IMG/VR virus record: IMGVR_UViG_3300037522_000016
Span: 1-26,150 of that record
Direction: 5' to 3' (one strand)
Length of the DNA stretch: 26,150 nucleotides
From: a virus
Lineage: Duplodnaviria; Caudoviricetes
The stretch's first letter is position 1. Every line of letters starts with the position of its first letter. The translations under genes and the position numbers were made by a program. Below are positions 25,567 to 26,150 of this stretch, piece by piece. Below the pieces are notes generated by a model. The model was given only the letters and a program-made list of their open reading frames with translations, was not told where the DNA came from and did no database searches.

Positions 25567-25642
25567 TCGGTAGGACACCCACACTCACCCCGCGTGAGTG
25601 TGGGTGTCGTGCTTATCGCACGTCTCAGAAAACCGGTTTTCT
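25567..25642 (+). repeat. Intergenic module copy 2: TCGGTAG, 15-bp hairpin, GTGCTTATCGCAC, N5, AGAAAACCGGTTTTCT
   Basis: Stem GACACCCACACTCAC (25574-88) / GTGAGTGTGGGTGTC (25594-608); palindrome at 25627-42, extending to 24 bp (25623-46). Confidence 0.75.
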
Positions 25643-25670
25643 GAGAGACCGCAGAGAGAGGGTGGACGGT

Positions 25671-25781
25671 ATGCGCAAGCAACGGCACACGCTCAGAGAC
25701 AGTCACATCATGGCGCTGGGTACGGTCACGGTCCTCATGGCATCCGTGCTCGTCATCCTGTTCATGGTCGCGACATGGTGA
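25671..25781 (+). CDS. Small single-pass membrane protein (~36 aa)
   Basis: MRKQRHTLRDSHIMALGTVTVLMASVLVILFMVATW with a purine-rich upstream region; alternative GTG start at 25662. Confidence 0.6.
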   Translation: MRKQRHTLRDSHIMALGTVTVLMASVLVILFMVATW

Positions 25782-25792
25782 AGGGAACATGC

Positions 25793-26150
25793 ATGGGGAC
25801 TTACGCGAACGGCGAGGACGTCACGTTCCGCAAGGCGGACGGGAGTCGCACGGTCACCGGACGGTATGCCGGACGGAACCTCGCCACGGGTGAGCTACTG
25901 GTTTCGGTGGACAGCCGGTTGGTGTTCATCACGCCGGAGGACATCGAACGGGCCAAGGAACCGGAGCGCATGGTGCTCCCACTTATTGACCTGCGAATGC
26001 TCACTCATCGGTCACCGATCGTCGTCGCTCTCACGGTCATGGTGCCCGGGAGCGAGAGGGACATGCGAACGGGTGACGGTGACGGCGACTACGTCCACGT
26101 GACACGCACGGTGGCTGGCTTCGACGTCGTGCACGTGGCGTCACAGACAC
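25793..26150 (+). CDS. Hypothetical protein, runs off the window
   Basis: AAGGGA upstream. MGTYANGEDVTFRKADGSRTVTGRYAGRNLATGELLVSVDSRLVFITPEDIER... is open to the window end; beta-rich, SH3-like N-terminus. Confidence 0.7.
   Translation, partial: MGTYANGEDVTFRKADGSRTVTGRYAGRNLATGELLVSVDSRLVFITPEDIERAKEPERMVLPLIDLRMLTHRSPIVVALTVMVPGSERDMRTGDGDGDYVHVTRTVAGFDVVHVASQT

Noticed and set aside
24372-25646. Repeated palindromes as a CRISPR array or attC-type integron cassettes
   Set aside because: The repeats are only 16 bp and separated by whole genes. There are no cas or integrase genes in the window and no GTTRRRY/RYYYAAC cores.
1-26150. tRNA, integrase, lysin or transposon genes
   Set aside because: No cloverleaf, recombinase, endolysin or transposase motifs were recognised in this window.

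Overview
High-GC tailed actinobacteriophage (siphovirus-like) segment. Positions ~1-23267 form a minus-strand packaging and morphogenesis operon. In transcription order it encodes small RHH and membrane genes, a RusA-like resolvase, a ParB-like nuclease, terminase small and large subunits, a DUF1360-like protein, portal, a MuF-protease fusion, separate hexamer- and pentamer-type capsid proteins (the mycobacteriophage cluster B/Rosebush-type layout), a major tail protein with Ig-like domains, an adaptor, a tail chaperone with a -1 frameshift, the tape measure and a large minor tail protein that runs off the window. A divergent control region (~23270-23640) leads into a plus-strand, probably early, gene array with highly structured intergenic spacers. 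The main finding is a complete type II hammerhead ribozyme at 24406-24468 (+), with a loop I/stem II pseudoknot, between two early genes. The next two spacers carry a second repeated hairpin module with conserved flanks. All three spacers end in a 16-bp palindrome, AGAAAAC(CG/AT)GTTTTCT, or a degenerate copy (six copies in the window, one inside the protease CDS). Two of the early genes look like distant paralogues that may bind these sites. All product calls come from motif recognition and gene order, not database searches.
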